DNA of 64,000 nt from contig JAXHUO010000015.1 in NCBI GenBank assembly GCA_034189605.1, forward strand, positions 8,321-72,320, given 5' to 3'. A program made the translations under genes and the position numbers. Positions within the stretch are counted from its first letter, which is position 1. Each line of letters opens with the position of its first letter. Shown here one piece after another: positions 9,621-18,517 of this stretch. This DNA comes from Chloroflexota bacterium. GTDB taxonomy: Bacteria > Chloroflexota > Anaerolineae > B4-G1. The notes under the pieces were generated by a model that did no database searches, had not been told where the DNA came from, and was given only the letters and a program-made list of their open reading frames with translations.

Positions 9621-10625
9621 ATGACTGTTTACATGCTTGCCTTTGCTGGTGCATTGGTGCTGGCTATTGGGGTTACTCCTGTAGCGCGCTGGCTAGCCCC
9701 ACGAATGGGCGTGATGGATAAACCCGAAGTACGCAAAATCCACCATTATCCCGTTCCCCGCATGGGGGGCGTGGCGATTTATCTGGCTGTCATTGGCGCA
9801 GCGCTTGCCCTGGGAGAGCGCTACAACTTTGCCCAATTCGGGAGCATCCTCGTCGGCGCTACAGGCGTCTCTTTCATGGGACTGATAGACGATCGCTGGG
9901 GTCTGCGTCCACTGGTCAAACTGCTCGGCCAGACGCTGGCGGCTCTGCTGCTCTATGCCAGTAACATCTACGTCGGTACATTCCATAACCCGATTCTGAA
10001 TCTGATCACTACGGTGCTGTGGGTTGGATACATCACCAACGCGGTCAACTTTCTCGACAACATGGACGGCCTGGCTGGAGGGGTCGCGGCCATCGCGGCG
10101 GCCTTCTTTGCTCTGATGTGTGCCTTCAGTGGCCAATACCTGGTCGGCGCTCTCTCCATCGCCGTGCTGGGAGCATGCCTGGGATTCCTGTTCTACAACC
10201 TCAACCCGGCCAGCATATTTATGGGGGACTCGGGAGCACTGTTTCTCGGTTTCATCCTGTCCGCCGCGGGCATCAAACTTCGTTTCCCGGACAACGTTAC
10301 CTTTGTCACATGGATGGTGCCAGTGCTGGTGATGGGCCTTCCCATTTTTGATACCACGCTGGTCATCGTATCGCGCTTGCGGCGGCGTCTGAATCCAGCC
10401 ACAACACCGGGCCAAGATCACATTTCACACCGCCTGGTGGCGGCCGGGATGACCCGACGTGAGGCAGTTCTGACTCTTTACGTCATATCCTTCATCCTGG
10501 GATTGCTGGCCACTTTTGTCACCCAGGCTTCCATCCTGGAGGGTTATGCTGTCGGCATGCTCGTCGCGCTGGTCGGCCTCTATTGTTTATGGCGTGTGGA
10601 GCGTCCTCCATTCTTCAAATCTTAG
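9621..10625 (+). CDS. polyprenyl-phosphate N-acetylhexosamine-1-phosphate transferase (MraY/WecA family)
   Basis: 334 aa, about 10 TM segments. Motifs NAVNFLDNMDGLAGG and IFMGDSGALFLGF are present. Confidence 0.85.
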   Translation: MTVYMLAFAGALVLAIGVTPVARWLAPRMGVMDKPEVRKIHHYPVPRMGGVAIYLAVIGAALALGERYNFAQFGSILVGATGVSFMGLIDDRWGLRPLVKLLGQTLAALLLYASNIYVGTFHNPILNLITTVLWVGYITNAVNFLDNMDGLAGGVAAIAAAFFALMCAFSGQYLVGALSIAVLGACLGFLFYNLNPASIFMGDSGALFLGFILSAAGIKLRFPDNVTFVTWMVPVLVMGLPIFDTTLVIVSRLRRRLNPATTPGQDHISHRLVAAGMTRREAVLTLYVISFILGLLATFVTQASILEGYAVGMLVALVGLYCLWRVERPPFFKS

Positions 10626-10626
10626 A

Positions 10627-10654
10627 CCCCAAACCCCGAACCCCGAAGACCAAA
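10627..10654. repeat. heptanucleotide tandem repeat, CCCCRAA-type x4
   Basis: cccc aaa cccc gaa cccc gaa gacc aaa begins 2 nt after the TAG stop at 10623-10625. Intergenic. Confidence 0.8.
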
Positions 10655-10715
10655 CTGAATGACTGACAATCAGCAACGAGTAACCAATATCCAGTATTGA
10701 GCACCGGAGGCCGCA

Positions 10716-12059
10716 ATGTCCTCTCTGCAAAATAAAATCGCCGACCGCACCGCTCACGTGGCCGTCATAGGATTGGGTTACGTCGGCTTGCCCTTGGCGA
10801 CGGCGTTCGCCAAGGCCGGCTTTCATACCATTGGTATGGAAGTGAACCAGGACAAGGTGGATGCTATCACTGCCGGTCAGAGTTACATCCCCGATGTCCC
10901 CGACGATGATTTGATCCCTCATGTCCAATCGGGCCGCCTCACAGCCACCTCGGATTATGACGCTTTGCGCGAGGCAGACGCCATGTTCATCTGTGTCCCC
11001 ACTCCCTACGACGCACAGCGTGCCCCTGACCTTTCCTATATCCAGGCTGCCAGTTATGGCATTCGGCCACGCCTACAGTCCGGCCAACTGATTGTCTTGC
11101 AAAGCACGACCTACCCCGGAACTACGGAAGAGATCGTCCGTCCGATTCTGGAGAAAAGCGGCCTCAAGGTCGGCGTGGATTTTTATCTGGCCTTCTCTCC
11201 CGAACGCATTGACCCTGGCAACAAGCAATGGTCGGCCTACAACACGCCCAAGGTCGTGGGCGGCATCACGCCGGAGTGCACCCAGCTGGCGTGTGACCTT
11301 CTGAGCCGGATGGGCGTGCCGGTACACCCTGTCTCCTCTCCCCGCGCTGCCGAGTTGACCAAACTGTTGGAGAATACCTTCCGCACTGTCAATATTGCGT
11401 TGGTCAACGAGTTGGCACTGCTGACCGAGCGCATGGGGATTGACTTTTGGGAAGTGATCGAGGCGGCCAAGACCAAGCCATTTGGCTTTATGCCCTTTAC
11501 TCCGGGGCCGGGTGTAGGGGGACATTGTATTCCGGTAGATCCCTACTATCTCTCCTGGAAAGCCCGCGAGTATGACTATTACACCGAGTTTATAGAACTG
11601 GCCGGCGAGGTCAACCAGGCGATGACGCATCACGTTGTAGACCTGGTATCTCAGGCCCTTTCGCTGCGCGGGAAGCCCTTGCGCAACGCGCGTGTACTGG
11701 TGCTGGGTGTTGCCTTCAAGCCCGACATTGACGACGCCCGCAACTCCCCTGCCGAACGGATCATCGAACTGCTGCTGGGTCGTGGCGCCCGCGTATGCTA
11801 CCACGACCCCTACGTGCCACGCTTCCGGGTGGGCAATGACGTTTTTCACCGCGAAGCAGTCGTGCTGGAGTCGGTGCCGCTAACGGAGGAGGAGGTCACC
11901 GCCGCTGACTGCGTCGTCGTCGTCACCAATCACCGCAGCATGGACTATGGCCGCGTAGTACGGCAGGCCAATCTGGTCGTGGACACCCGTAACGCCACTT
12001 CTGGCATAGCCGACCATAGGGAAAAGATCGTGCGCCTGGGCGCCCCGTTGCCCCAGTGA
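10716..12059 (+). CDS. nucleotide-sugar dehydrogenase (UDP-glucose/GDP-mannose dehydrogenase family, WbpA/WecC/TviB-like)
   Basis: 447 aa with an N-terminal VAVIGLGYVGLPLA Rossmann motif and the catalytic-Cys region PGVGGHCIPVDP. Confidence 0.9.
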   Translation: MSSLQNKIADRTAHVAVIGLGYVGLPLATAFAKAGFHTIGMEVNQDKVDAITAGQSYIPDVPDDDLIPHVQSGRLTATSDYDALREADAMFICVPTPYDAQRAPDLSYIQAASYGIRPRLQSGQLIVLQSTTYPGTTEEIVRPILEKSGLKVGVDFYLAFSPERIDPGNKQWSAYNTPKVVGGITPECTQLACDLLSRMGVPVHPVSSPRAAELTKLLENTFRTVNIALVNELALLTERMGIDFWEVIEAAKTKPFGFMPFTPGPGVGGHCIPVDPYYLSWKAREYDYYTEFIELAGEVNQAMTHHVVDLVSQALSLRGKPLRNARVLVLGVAFKPDIDDARNSPAERIIELLLGRGARVCYHDPYVPRFRVGNDVFHREAVVLESVPLTEEEVTAADCVVVVTNHRSMDYGRVVRQANLVVDTRNATSGIADHREKIVRLGAPLPQ

Positions 12060-12099
12060 TGTGTCTGGATCGCTCTCTCATATCAATGACTAAGACGTT

Positions 12100-12669
12100 A
12101 TGTCTATTGCCCCGTCTCCCCCGCCCACCCGGCGACTGAGAATCATACAGGTTTTGACTGTCATTACGATTCTTGCCGCCCTTGGCGCGGCCTTCTACTT
12201 TCGCGACAATCTCCAAGAACTGAAGCAATATGGCTACGCCGCCGTTTTCCTGGTCGGTCTGGCCAGCAATGCAACGATTATCTTCCCTGTCCCCGGCCTG
12301 GCTGTCAGTTCAGTGATGGGCGGTATCTTTAACCCCTGGGTCGTGGGACTCGTTGCCGGTGTGGGCCAGGCCCTGGGAGAACTGACTGGCTACATGGCTG
12401 GCTACAGCGGGCAAATGCTCGTGGACGACCATCCCACCTATGACCGCCTGATGCGCTGGATGCAGCGCCACGGCACACTGACCATTTTTGTCCTGGCCGT
12501 CATCCCTAACCCTGTAGCCGACGTAGGCGGCATGATCGCCGGCGCACTGCGCTTCCCGCTGTGGCGATTCCTGGCGGGTTGTACTGCCGGCAAGGTAGTT
12601 AAGAACGTCATGTTTGCGCTGACCGGCTACTATGGAATTGAGGCGGTGTTCAAGCTGTTCAGGGGTTGA
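12100..12669 (+). CDS. YqaA/DedA-type (VTT domain) membrane protein
   Basis: 189 aa with 4-5 TM segments. YGYAAVFLVGLASNATIIFPVPG and GELTGYMAGY resemble the VTT/SNARE-associated family. Confidence 0.6.
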   Translation: MSIAPSPPPTRRLRIIQVLTVITILAALGAAFYFRDNLQELKQYGYAAVFLVGLASNATIIFPVPGLAVSSVMGGIFNPWVVGLVAGVGQALGELTGYMAGYSGQMLVDDHPTYDRLMRWMQRHGTLTIFVLAVIPNPVADVGGMIAGALRFPLWRFLAGCTAGKVVKNVMFALTGYYGIEAVFKLFRG

Positions 12670-12694
12670 CGGTGACACAGGCACGTGGTATAAT
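12666..12694 (+). promoter_or_regulatory. sigma-70-type promoter of the T-box leader (TTGACG-17-TATAAT)
   Basis: The -35 TTGACG is at 12666-12671, followed by a 17-nt spacer and the -10 TATAAT at 12689-12694. It overlaps the stop codon of the upstream gene. Confidence 0.6.
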
Positions 12695-12700
12695 CTAACT

Positions 12701-13011
12701 ATAGACTAGATTTAGAAAGACGGCGAACAGGAGGAGTAGGCGGGATTGGCTTTGGCGAACCATCCCTGAGATGGGAAGAGAAGAGGGCCACCGGCTGCAA
12801 GCCCTCGCAGCGCCCCCCGCCGAAGGTCGCCTGGGAGTCGAGAGGGTCAATGAATGTCCCCCACTGGCGTTCGATAGCCCTCTCCGGGTTCGCCCGTTAA
12901 CGCGAGAGCCCTTGTTGGAGGGCTGCAGAGTGCGATGATGGAATCCATCGTCGAACCAGGGTGGTACCACGGAAGCTTACCCCTTTCGTCCTTGGACGAA
13001 AGGGGCTTTTG
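12701..13011 (+). promoter_or_regulatory. T-box riboswitch leader, probable valine specifier (GUC)
   Basis: T-box core AACCAGGGUGGUACCACGG is at 12954-12972 (UGGU bulge). It is immediately followed by a terminator hairpin at 12980-13005 plus a U-tract. The Stem I 5' element GGCGAACAGGAGGAGUA at ~12721 resembles canonical leaders. In the 3' specifier-loop string GAAG-GUC-G, GUC lies at 12826-12828. valS is downstream. Confidence 0.7.
12980..13011 (+). terminator. intrinsic terminator of the T-box leader
   Basis: CCCCTTTCGTC(C) / (G)GACGAAAGGGG forms an 11-12 bp stem at 12980-13005, followed by CTTTTG. Confidence 0.75.
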
Positions 13012-13109
13012 CGTAGGAGAGGCACGATTCTGGTGGCACACCTCGCAGGAAGACGAGTAAGTCAAGCGGAAAGCGAGGCTGTGGAAAGAGTAGCACTGAG
13101 GAAATCGGA

Positions 13110-13335
13110 ATGGAAATTGAAGACATATTTGACGATCTGCCCGTTCTAAAGACTGGGCGGCTTTCGCACGATGGAGTTGAATCGTATTGAGGCCAGATGT
13201 AAGATTGGAAATATCGCTTCTGCACGTGTTATGGAAAAAGCGGGAATGAAGTTTGAGGGAATCTTGCGACAACACATATTTGCAAAAGGCACCTATCACG
13301 ATTTGAAGATATATTCTGTCCTTAGGGAGGAGTGA
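13110..13335 (+). pseudogene. internally deleted GNAT (RimJ/RimL-like) N-acetyltransferase relic
   Basis: The frame from ATG 13110 reads MEIEDIFDDLPVLKTGRL, an N-terminal RimJ-like LxTxRL motif, then stops at 13188-13190. A different frame, open from 13150 to TGA 13333-13335, reads ELNRIEARCKIGNIASARVMEKAGMKFEGILRQHIFAKGTYHDLKIYSVLREE, a typical GNAT C-terminus. The middle ~100 codons are absent. The segment is markedly AT-richer than its surroundings. Confidence 0.6.
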
Positions 13336-13342
13336 ACGAATA

Positions 13343-16117
13343 ATGACCGACAGACTTTCCAGAACCTACAACCCCAAGGAGCACGAAGAATGGCTCTACC
13401 AGTGGTGGGAGGAGCGGGGCTACTTTCGCCCCGAAAAGCAAGTTGAACTGGGCCTGGTCTCCGAGGGTGGCCCGCGCTGGTGCATCACCATGCCGCCCCC
13501 CAACGTCACCGGCGCGCTCCACCTGGGCCACGCCATGGTCGCAGCCGTCGAAGACCTGATGACTCGCTACTATCGCATGCGCGGTTTCGCTACCCTCTTT
13601 CTCCCTGGCTCCGACCACGCCGGGATCGCTACCCAAAACGTCGTGGAGCGGGAACTAGCCAAGGAAGGGCTCACCCGCCACGACCTGGGACGCGAGAGAT
13701 TCATCGCCAAAGTGTGGGAGTGGAAGCACGTCTACCATCATCGCATCACCGATCAGACTAAGCGGCTGGGTGTCTCGTGCGACTGGACAAGGGAGCGCTT
13801 CACCCTCGATGAGGGGCTGAGCCACGCCGTACGCACCGCCTTCACGCGCCTCTACGAGAAGGGTCTCATCTACCGGGGGACTTATTTGGTCAACTGGTGT
13901 CCCCGTTGCACCAGCGCCATCTCCGACCTGGAGGTGATCCCGGAAGAGCGTGCCAGTCACCTCTGGCACGTCCGCTACCCCATCCTCAACGACGATTGGG
14001 ATGGGCCAGCCCCCTCCCAATCCCCCTCAAATCCGGGGGGGAGATCCCCAGGGGGTTGGGGCAGCGGTAAATGGGCTGAGGGCGCGACCGAGTTCATCGA
14101 GATGGCCACCACCCGCCCAGAGACCATTCTGGGCGACACCGGTGTCGCCGTTCACCCCGACGATCCCCGCTGGCGATATCTGATTGGCAAGACCGCCATC
14201 CTGCCGGCAATCGGCCGCCGCGTTCCCATCATCGCCGATGAAGCGGTGGATCCAGAGTTCGGCACCGGTGCGGTCAAAGTCACCCCTGCGCACGACCCTA
14301 CCGACAACGAAATCGGCATCCGCCACGGCCTGGAGGCTCCCAACGTCATGACTGACACAGCCCAGATGAACGAGTTGGCCGGCCCCTACGCCGGACAAGA
14401 CCGCTCCGAGTGCCGTCGCAACATCGTTGCCGACTTTGAGAAGGAAGGATTGCTCGTCAAAGTCGAGCCCTACTTTCACGCTGTGGGCACCTGTGAGCGC
14501 TGCCATACCGATATCGAACCGCGCATCTCCACCCAGTGGTTCGTCAACGTAAAGCCGCTGGCCGAGGCCGCAATGGATGCGGTGCGCGAGGGTAGCACGA
14601 CCATCATCCCGGAGCGGGAGGAGCGGCGTTTCTTCCACTGGATGGAGAACATCCGCCCGTGGTGTATCTCGCGTCAACTGTGGTGGGGCCACCGCATCCC
14701 CGTCTGGTACTGCGACGACTGCAGTGAGCAGACCTGCGAGATAGTTGACCCTACCGCGTGTGCACATTGCGGTAGTGCGAATATCCACCAGGATGAGGAT
14801 GTCCTCGACACCTGGTTCTCATCTGGCCTATGGCCCTTCTCCACCCTCGGCTGGCCCGACACTAACGCGCCGGATTACCGCCGCTACTATCCTACTGACG
14901 TGCGCGAAACCGCCTACGAGATACTGTTCTTCTGGGTGGCACGGGAGATGATGCTGGGCATAGAACTGACCGGTCAGACCCCCTACTCCACCGTCTACCT
15001 GCACGGCCTGGTGCGCACCGAGGAGGGCAAAAAGGTCAGCAAGTCAATGGAGGATATTGACGAGTACGACCCATTGAACATCATCGAGAGGTACGGCTGT
15101 GACGCGCTCCGTTATACCCAACTGACCAGTTCCACGCCGGGTCTGGACATGAGCCTTGATCTACGTCGCCTGGAAAGCGCCCGCAATTTTACCAACAAAA
15201 TCTGGCAAGCGGCGCGATTCTCCCTCTCCAATCTGGATACTGGGCACTCAATATTGGATATTGACCAATCTCTAATCTCTAATCTCCATCTTCCCGACCG
15301 GTGGATTCTCTCGCGTCTAAATCATCTAATTCAGGACATGATTCGCCTTTTCGAGAGTCACCAGTACGGCGAGGCGGGCCGCCAGATTCACGACTTTCTG
15401 TGGGGGGAGTATTGCGACTGGTACATTGAGGCCAGCAAAGTGCGCCTCTACGACGAGACGGCGGACAAGTCCGTTCCGCGGGCCGTCCTGCTCCACGTGT
15501 TGGAGACAGCGCTGCGATTGCTACATCCCTTTATGCCATTTGTCACTGAGGCTATCTGGCAAGCACTGCCCAGTGAAACACGTAGGGGCGAGGCGCTGAT
15601 CATGGCCCGTTGGCCGGAGCCGGCCCCCGCATTCCTGGACGACGAAGCCGAGGGGCAAATGGAATTAGCGATGGCGCTCATTCGGGGTATTCGTAACCGG
15701 CGGGCTGAGTACAACGTGATCCCCGGCAAGCGCATCCCGGCTCTCATTGCCGCTGGCGACGCTGCTCAGTGGTTGGACGAGCAACGCGCCGTTCTCTGCA
15801 CCCTGGCCAAACTAGACCCTGAACAACTCTCTGTCCAACCAACCATCCAACCGCCTGTCCAGGCAGCGACCATCGTCGCGGGCGACGTCGTCTGCTACCT
15901 GCCGCTGGCCGCGCTGGTGGACCTGGAAGCGGAGCATGAACGGCTGTCGTCGGAACTGGACAAAGTTGAGGCTCGTATTGCCCGCAGCGAGAATCTGCTG
16001 GCGGGGGAGTTTGCACAAAAGGCACCTGCGCACATCGTTCAGCGAGAACGGGACAAACTGGCCGGCTTACAAATCGAACAAGCGAAACTAGAGGAGCGGC
16101 TGGCAGCGCTGGAGTAG
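13343..16117 (+). CDS. valS: valine--tRNA ligase
   Basis: 924 aa. HIGH-type motif PPNVTGALHLGHA, KMSKS-type motif KVSKSM, ATTRPET editing-domain motif and a C-terminal coiled coil. SD GGGAGGAG lies upstream. Confidence 0.97.
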   Translation: MTDRLSRTYNPKEHEEWLYQWWEERGYFRPEKQVELGLVSEGGPRWCITMPPPNVTGALHLGHAMVAAVEDLMTRYYRMRGFATLFLPGSDHAGIATQNVVERELAKEGLTRHDLGRERFIAKVWEWKHVYHHRITDQTKRLGVSCDWTRERFTLDEGLSHAVRTAFTRLYEKGLIYRGTYLVNWCPRCTSAISDLEVIPEERASHLWHVRYPILNDDWDGPAPSQSPSNPGGRSPGGWGSGKWAEGATEFIEMATTRPETILGDTGVAVHPDDPRWRYLIGKTAILPAIGRRVPIIADEAVDPEFGTGAVKVTPAHDPTDNEIGIRHGLEAPNVMTDTAQMNELAGPYAGQDRSECRRNIVADFEKEGLLVKVEPYFHAVGTCERCHTDIEPRISTQWFVNVKPLAEAAMDAVREGSTTIIPEREERRFFHWMENIRPWCISRQLWWGHRIPVWYCDDCSEQTCEIVDPTACAHCGSANIHQDEDVLDTWFSSGLWPFSTLGWPDTNAPDYRRYYPTDVRETAYEILFFWVAREMMLGIELTGQTPYSTVYLHGLVRTEEGKKVSKSMEDIDEYDPLNIIERYGCDALRYTQLTSSTPGLDMSLDLRRLESARNFTNKIWQAARFSLSNLDTGHSILDIDQSLISNLHLPDRWILSRLNHLIQDMIRLFESHQYGEAGRQIHDFLWGEYCDWYIEASKVRLYDETADKSVPRAVLLHVLETALRLLHPFMPFVTEAIWQALPSETRRGEALIMARWPEPAPAFLDDEAEGQMELAMALIRGIRNRRAEYNVIPGKRIPALIAAGDAAQWLDEQRAVLCTLAKLDPEQLSVQPTIQPPVQAATIVAGDVVCYLPLAALVDLEAEHERLSSELDKVEARIARSENLLAGEFAQKAPAHIVQRERDKLAGLQIEQAKLEERLAALE
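14006..14068. repeat. C-tract / G-tract low-complexity insert inside valS
   Basis: ccagccccctcccaatccccctcaaatcc followed by gggggggagatccccagggggttggggcagcgg. It encodes PAPSQSPSNPGGRSPGGWGSG, between the YPI and ATTRPET motifs. Confidence 0.6.
15251..15292. repeat. heptanucleotide tandem repeat, 6 units (42 nt), in-frame in valS
   Basis: Units are atattgg atattga ccaatct ctaatct ctaatct ccatctt. The tract encodes ILDIDQSLISNLHL. Confidence 0.75.
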
Positions 16118-16174
16118 ATCACAGATCAGGGAAAAGGGCACACAGACTTCGTCCGCCAGACGTGAAGTTCGCAT

Positions 16175-16203
16175 TTGGTCTATAACAACAGTTGTGGTAT
16201 TAT
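16175..16203 (+). promoter_or_regulatory. candidate promoter (TTGGTC-17-TATTAT)
   Basis: -35 at 16175-16180, 17-nt spacer, -10 at 16198-16203. A 38-nt leader containing a GGAGG SD precedes ATG 16242. Confidence 0.45.
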
Positions 16204-16241
16204 AGGGCCTGTGAATTGATAACTATGAACGGAGGCTGACT

Positions 16242-17792
16242 ATGCCCGTTGATCCCAAGATTGAGAAACTACACAAGATGCGTGAGCAGGCCCGCCTGGG
16301 CGGTGGCCAGGCGCGCATAGATCGCCAGCATGCCCGAGGCAAGATGACCGCCCGCGAGCGGGCGGAGAAACTGCTCGACCCTGGCTCTTTCCGCGAACTG
16401 GACATGTTCGTCACTCACCGCGCCACCGGCTTTGGCGTGGAAAAGCAGAAATACCTGGGTGATAGCGTCGTCACCGGCTGGGGCATGATCAACGACCGCC
16501 TGGTCTATGTCTTCTCCCAGGACTTTACCGTCTTCGGCGGCAGTCTCTCTGAGGTGCACGCTGAGAAGGTGTGTAAGATCATGGATCTGGCGATGAAGAA
16601 CGGCGCGCCGGTCATCGGCCTCAACGACTCCGGCGGCGCTCGCATCCAGGAGGGGGTTGTCTCCCTGGCCGGGTACGCCTACATCTTCCTGCGCAATGTC
16701 CTGGCCTCCGGCGTCATCCCTCAGATCTCGGCTATCCTCGGCCCTTGCGCCGGGGGCGCGGTCTATTCTCCTGCTATGACCGATTTCACCCTGATGACCA
16801 GGGATACCAGTCATATGTTCATTACCGGTCCCGAGGTGATCAAGGCAGTCACTCATGAGGAAGTGACCTTTGAGGAACTGGGCGGGGCGATGACCCACGC
16901 TTCCAAGAGCGGCGTGGCTCACTTTGCCGCCGAGAACGAGGAGCACTGCCTGGGGCTGGTTCGCCAACTTCTCAGTTATATCCCCCAGAACAACCTGGAG
17001 GACCCGCCTTTCGTGCCCACCGCTGATCCAGAGGATCGGATGGACGAGGAGTTGAAAACCATCATCCCCGACAGCCCCAACAAAGCCTACGACATAAAAG
17101 ATGTCATCCGCCACATAGTGGATGACGGCCAGTTTCTACAAGTGCACGAGCACTGGGCGCAGAACATCGTCGTGGGGTTTGCTCGCCTGGGTGGTTTCAG
17201 CGTCGGTATCGTCGCCCAGCAGCCGATGATTTTGGCCGGCGTTCTGGACATAAACGCCTCCCGGAAAGGAGCACGCTTTGTTCGCTTCTGCGATGCTTTC
17301 AACATCCCCATCATTACCTTCGAGGACGTGCCAGGTTTTCTGCCTGGTGTGGAGCAGGAACACGGCGGGATCATTCTTAACGGGGCTAAACTCTTGTATG
17401 CCTACTGTGAGGCTACTGTGCCTAAAGTAACTATCATCACCCGCAAGGCTTACGGCGGGGCCTACGACGTGATGAGTTCTAAGCATATCCGCGGCGACAT
17501 CTCATACGCCTGGCCTACGGCGGAGATCGCGGTGATGGGGCCAGACGGCGCGGTTAATATTATCTTCCGCAAGGAAATCGCCGCCGCTGAGGATCCGGAG
17601 GCGGAGCGAACGCGGTTGGTACGGGAATACCGGGAGCAGTTCGCCAACCCCTACATTGCCGCTGCCAGGGGCTATGTGGATGACATCATTGAGCCGCAGG
17701 AAACCCGCCCCCGCTTGATTGAGGCGCTAAAGATGCTGCAGAACAAGCGGGATACGAACCCGCCGAAGAAGCATGGGAATATTCCACTGTGA
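16242..17792 (+). CDS. acyl-CoA carboxyltransferase, 12S / beta subunit (methylmalonyl-CoA carboxyltransferase or propionyl-CoA carboxylase beta family)
   Basis: 516 aa. The N-terminal [42 protein letters not shown] and the overall length are typical of the family. Confidence 0.9.
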   Translation: MPVDPKIEKLHKMREQARLGGGQARIDRQHARGKMTARERAEKLLDPGSFRELDMFVTHRATGFGVEKQKYLGDSVVTGWGMINDRLVYVFSQDFTVFGGSLSEVHAEKVCKIMDLAMKNGAPVIGLNDSGGARIQEGVVSLAGYAYIFLRNVLASGVIPQISAILGPCAGGAVYSPAMTDFTLMTRDTSHMFITGPEVIKAVTHEEVTFEELGGAMTHASKSGVAHFAAENEEHCLGLVRQLLSYIPQNNLEDPPFVPTADPEDRMDEELKTIIPDSPNKAYDIKDVIRHIVDDGQFLQVHEHWAQNIVVGFARLGGFSVGIVAQQPMILAGVLDINASRKGARFVRFCDAFNIPIITFEDVPGFLPGVEQEHGGIILNGAKLLYAYCEATVPKVTIITRKAYGGAYDVMSSKHIRGDISYAWPTAEIAVMGPDGAVNIIFRKEIAAAEDPEAERTRLVREYREQFANPYIAAARGYVDDIIEPQETRPRLIEALKMLQNKRDTNPPKKHGNIPL

Positions 17793-18191
17793 AATGACGC
17801 ATTACGGTAAAAATCGCACTATTGCTCTTAGCCCCTGTCTCGGGGGCGTTCCAGGCAGGATTTGGAGCGGAAACCCTCACAAAACCCGCCCTCGGGGACG
17901 ATGGCTGAGAGCTTTGGAAGGCAGACGTGTCATTTTTGCCTCAATGCGAAATGACAAATCGGAGGAGAAAGGAAATGACCCGATTTCTGCGCTTCCTCTT
18001 TAGAGTGTAAAAAGCAGGGGCGAAGCCGCTCTGATACGAGAAGCGGTCTGGTGTAAGTCGAACCCGTCCCCGCGTATGGTTCTCTATTGGAATTCGATGA
18101 GACGGTGATCGGGCGGGGAATCGTGTTGGTCAAAATCCAACCGACCGGCAGGATGGCACATCGTGTGAGCGAGTAGAGGAGGAGCAAAACG

Positions 18192-18509
18192 ATGTCTGAC
18201 AAAGTCAATATCGCCCAGGTCGCCGCCAGGCTGACCGAGCCCTTCAAGCACATCGTCGTCGGGCAGGTGGACGACTACTGCGCCTACCTGACCCGCATTG
18301 AGGGCATCTACCTTTTCCACCAACATGCCAGGGACGAGATGTACCTGGTGCTGGAGGGGAAAATCGCCGTTGACTATGCCGACGGCGCTAGTACCACTGT
18401 TGGCCAGGGAGAGAGCCTGGTCGTGATGGCCGGGGAGAAGCACCGCTCCCGGTCCGAGAAGGGGGCGCTAGTGCTGATGTTCAAGGCGCGAGACCTGTTT
18501 GCGGAGTAG
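18192..18509 (+). CDS. cupin domain protein
   Basis: 105 aa. FHQHARDEMYLVLEGKI...GESLVVMAGEKH matches the two cupin motifs. SD GAGGAGGAG lies upstream. Confidence 0.6.
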   Translation: MSDKVNIAQVAARLTEPFKHIVVGQVDDYCAYLTRIEGIYLFHQHARDEMYLVLEGKIAVDYADGASTTVGQGESLVVMAGEKHRSRSEKGALVLMFKARDLFAE

Positions 18510-18517
18510 GAGATGAG

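Noticed and set aside
12961-13149. 62-aa ORF starting at GTG inside the T-box core sequence.
   Set aside because: It spans the T-box antiterminator/terminator and the GNAT relic start. It is explained by the RNA element and has no coding signal.
18050-18080. GGGTTCGAC-like string on the minus strand, possibly a tRNA T-loop.
   Set aside because: The flanking bases cannot form a T-stem, and no acceptor or anticodon arms could be drawn. No tRNA gene is supported anywhere in the window.
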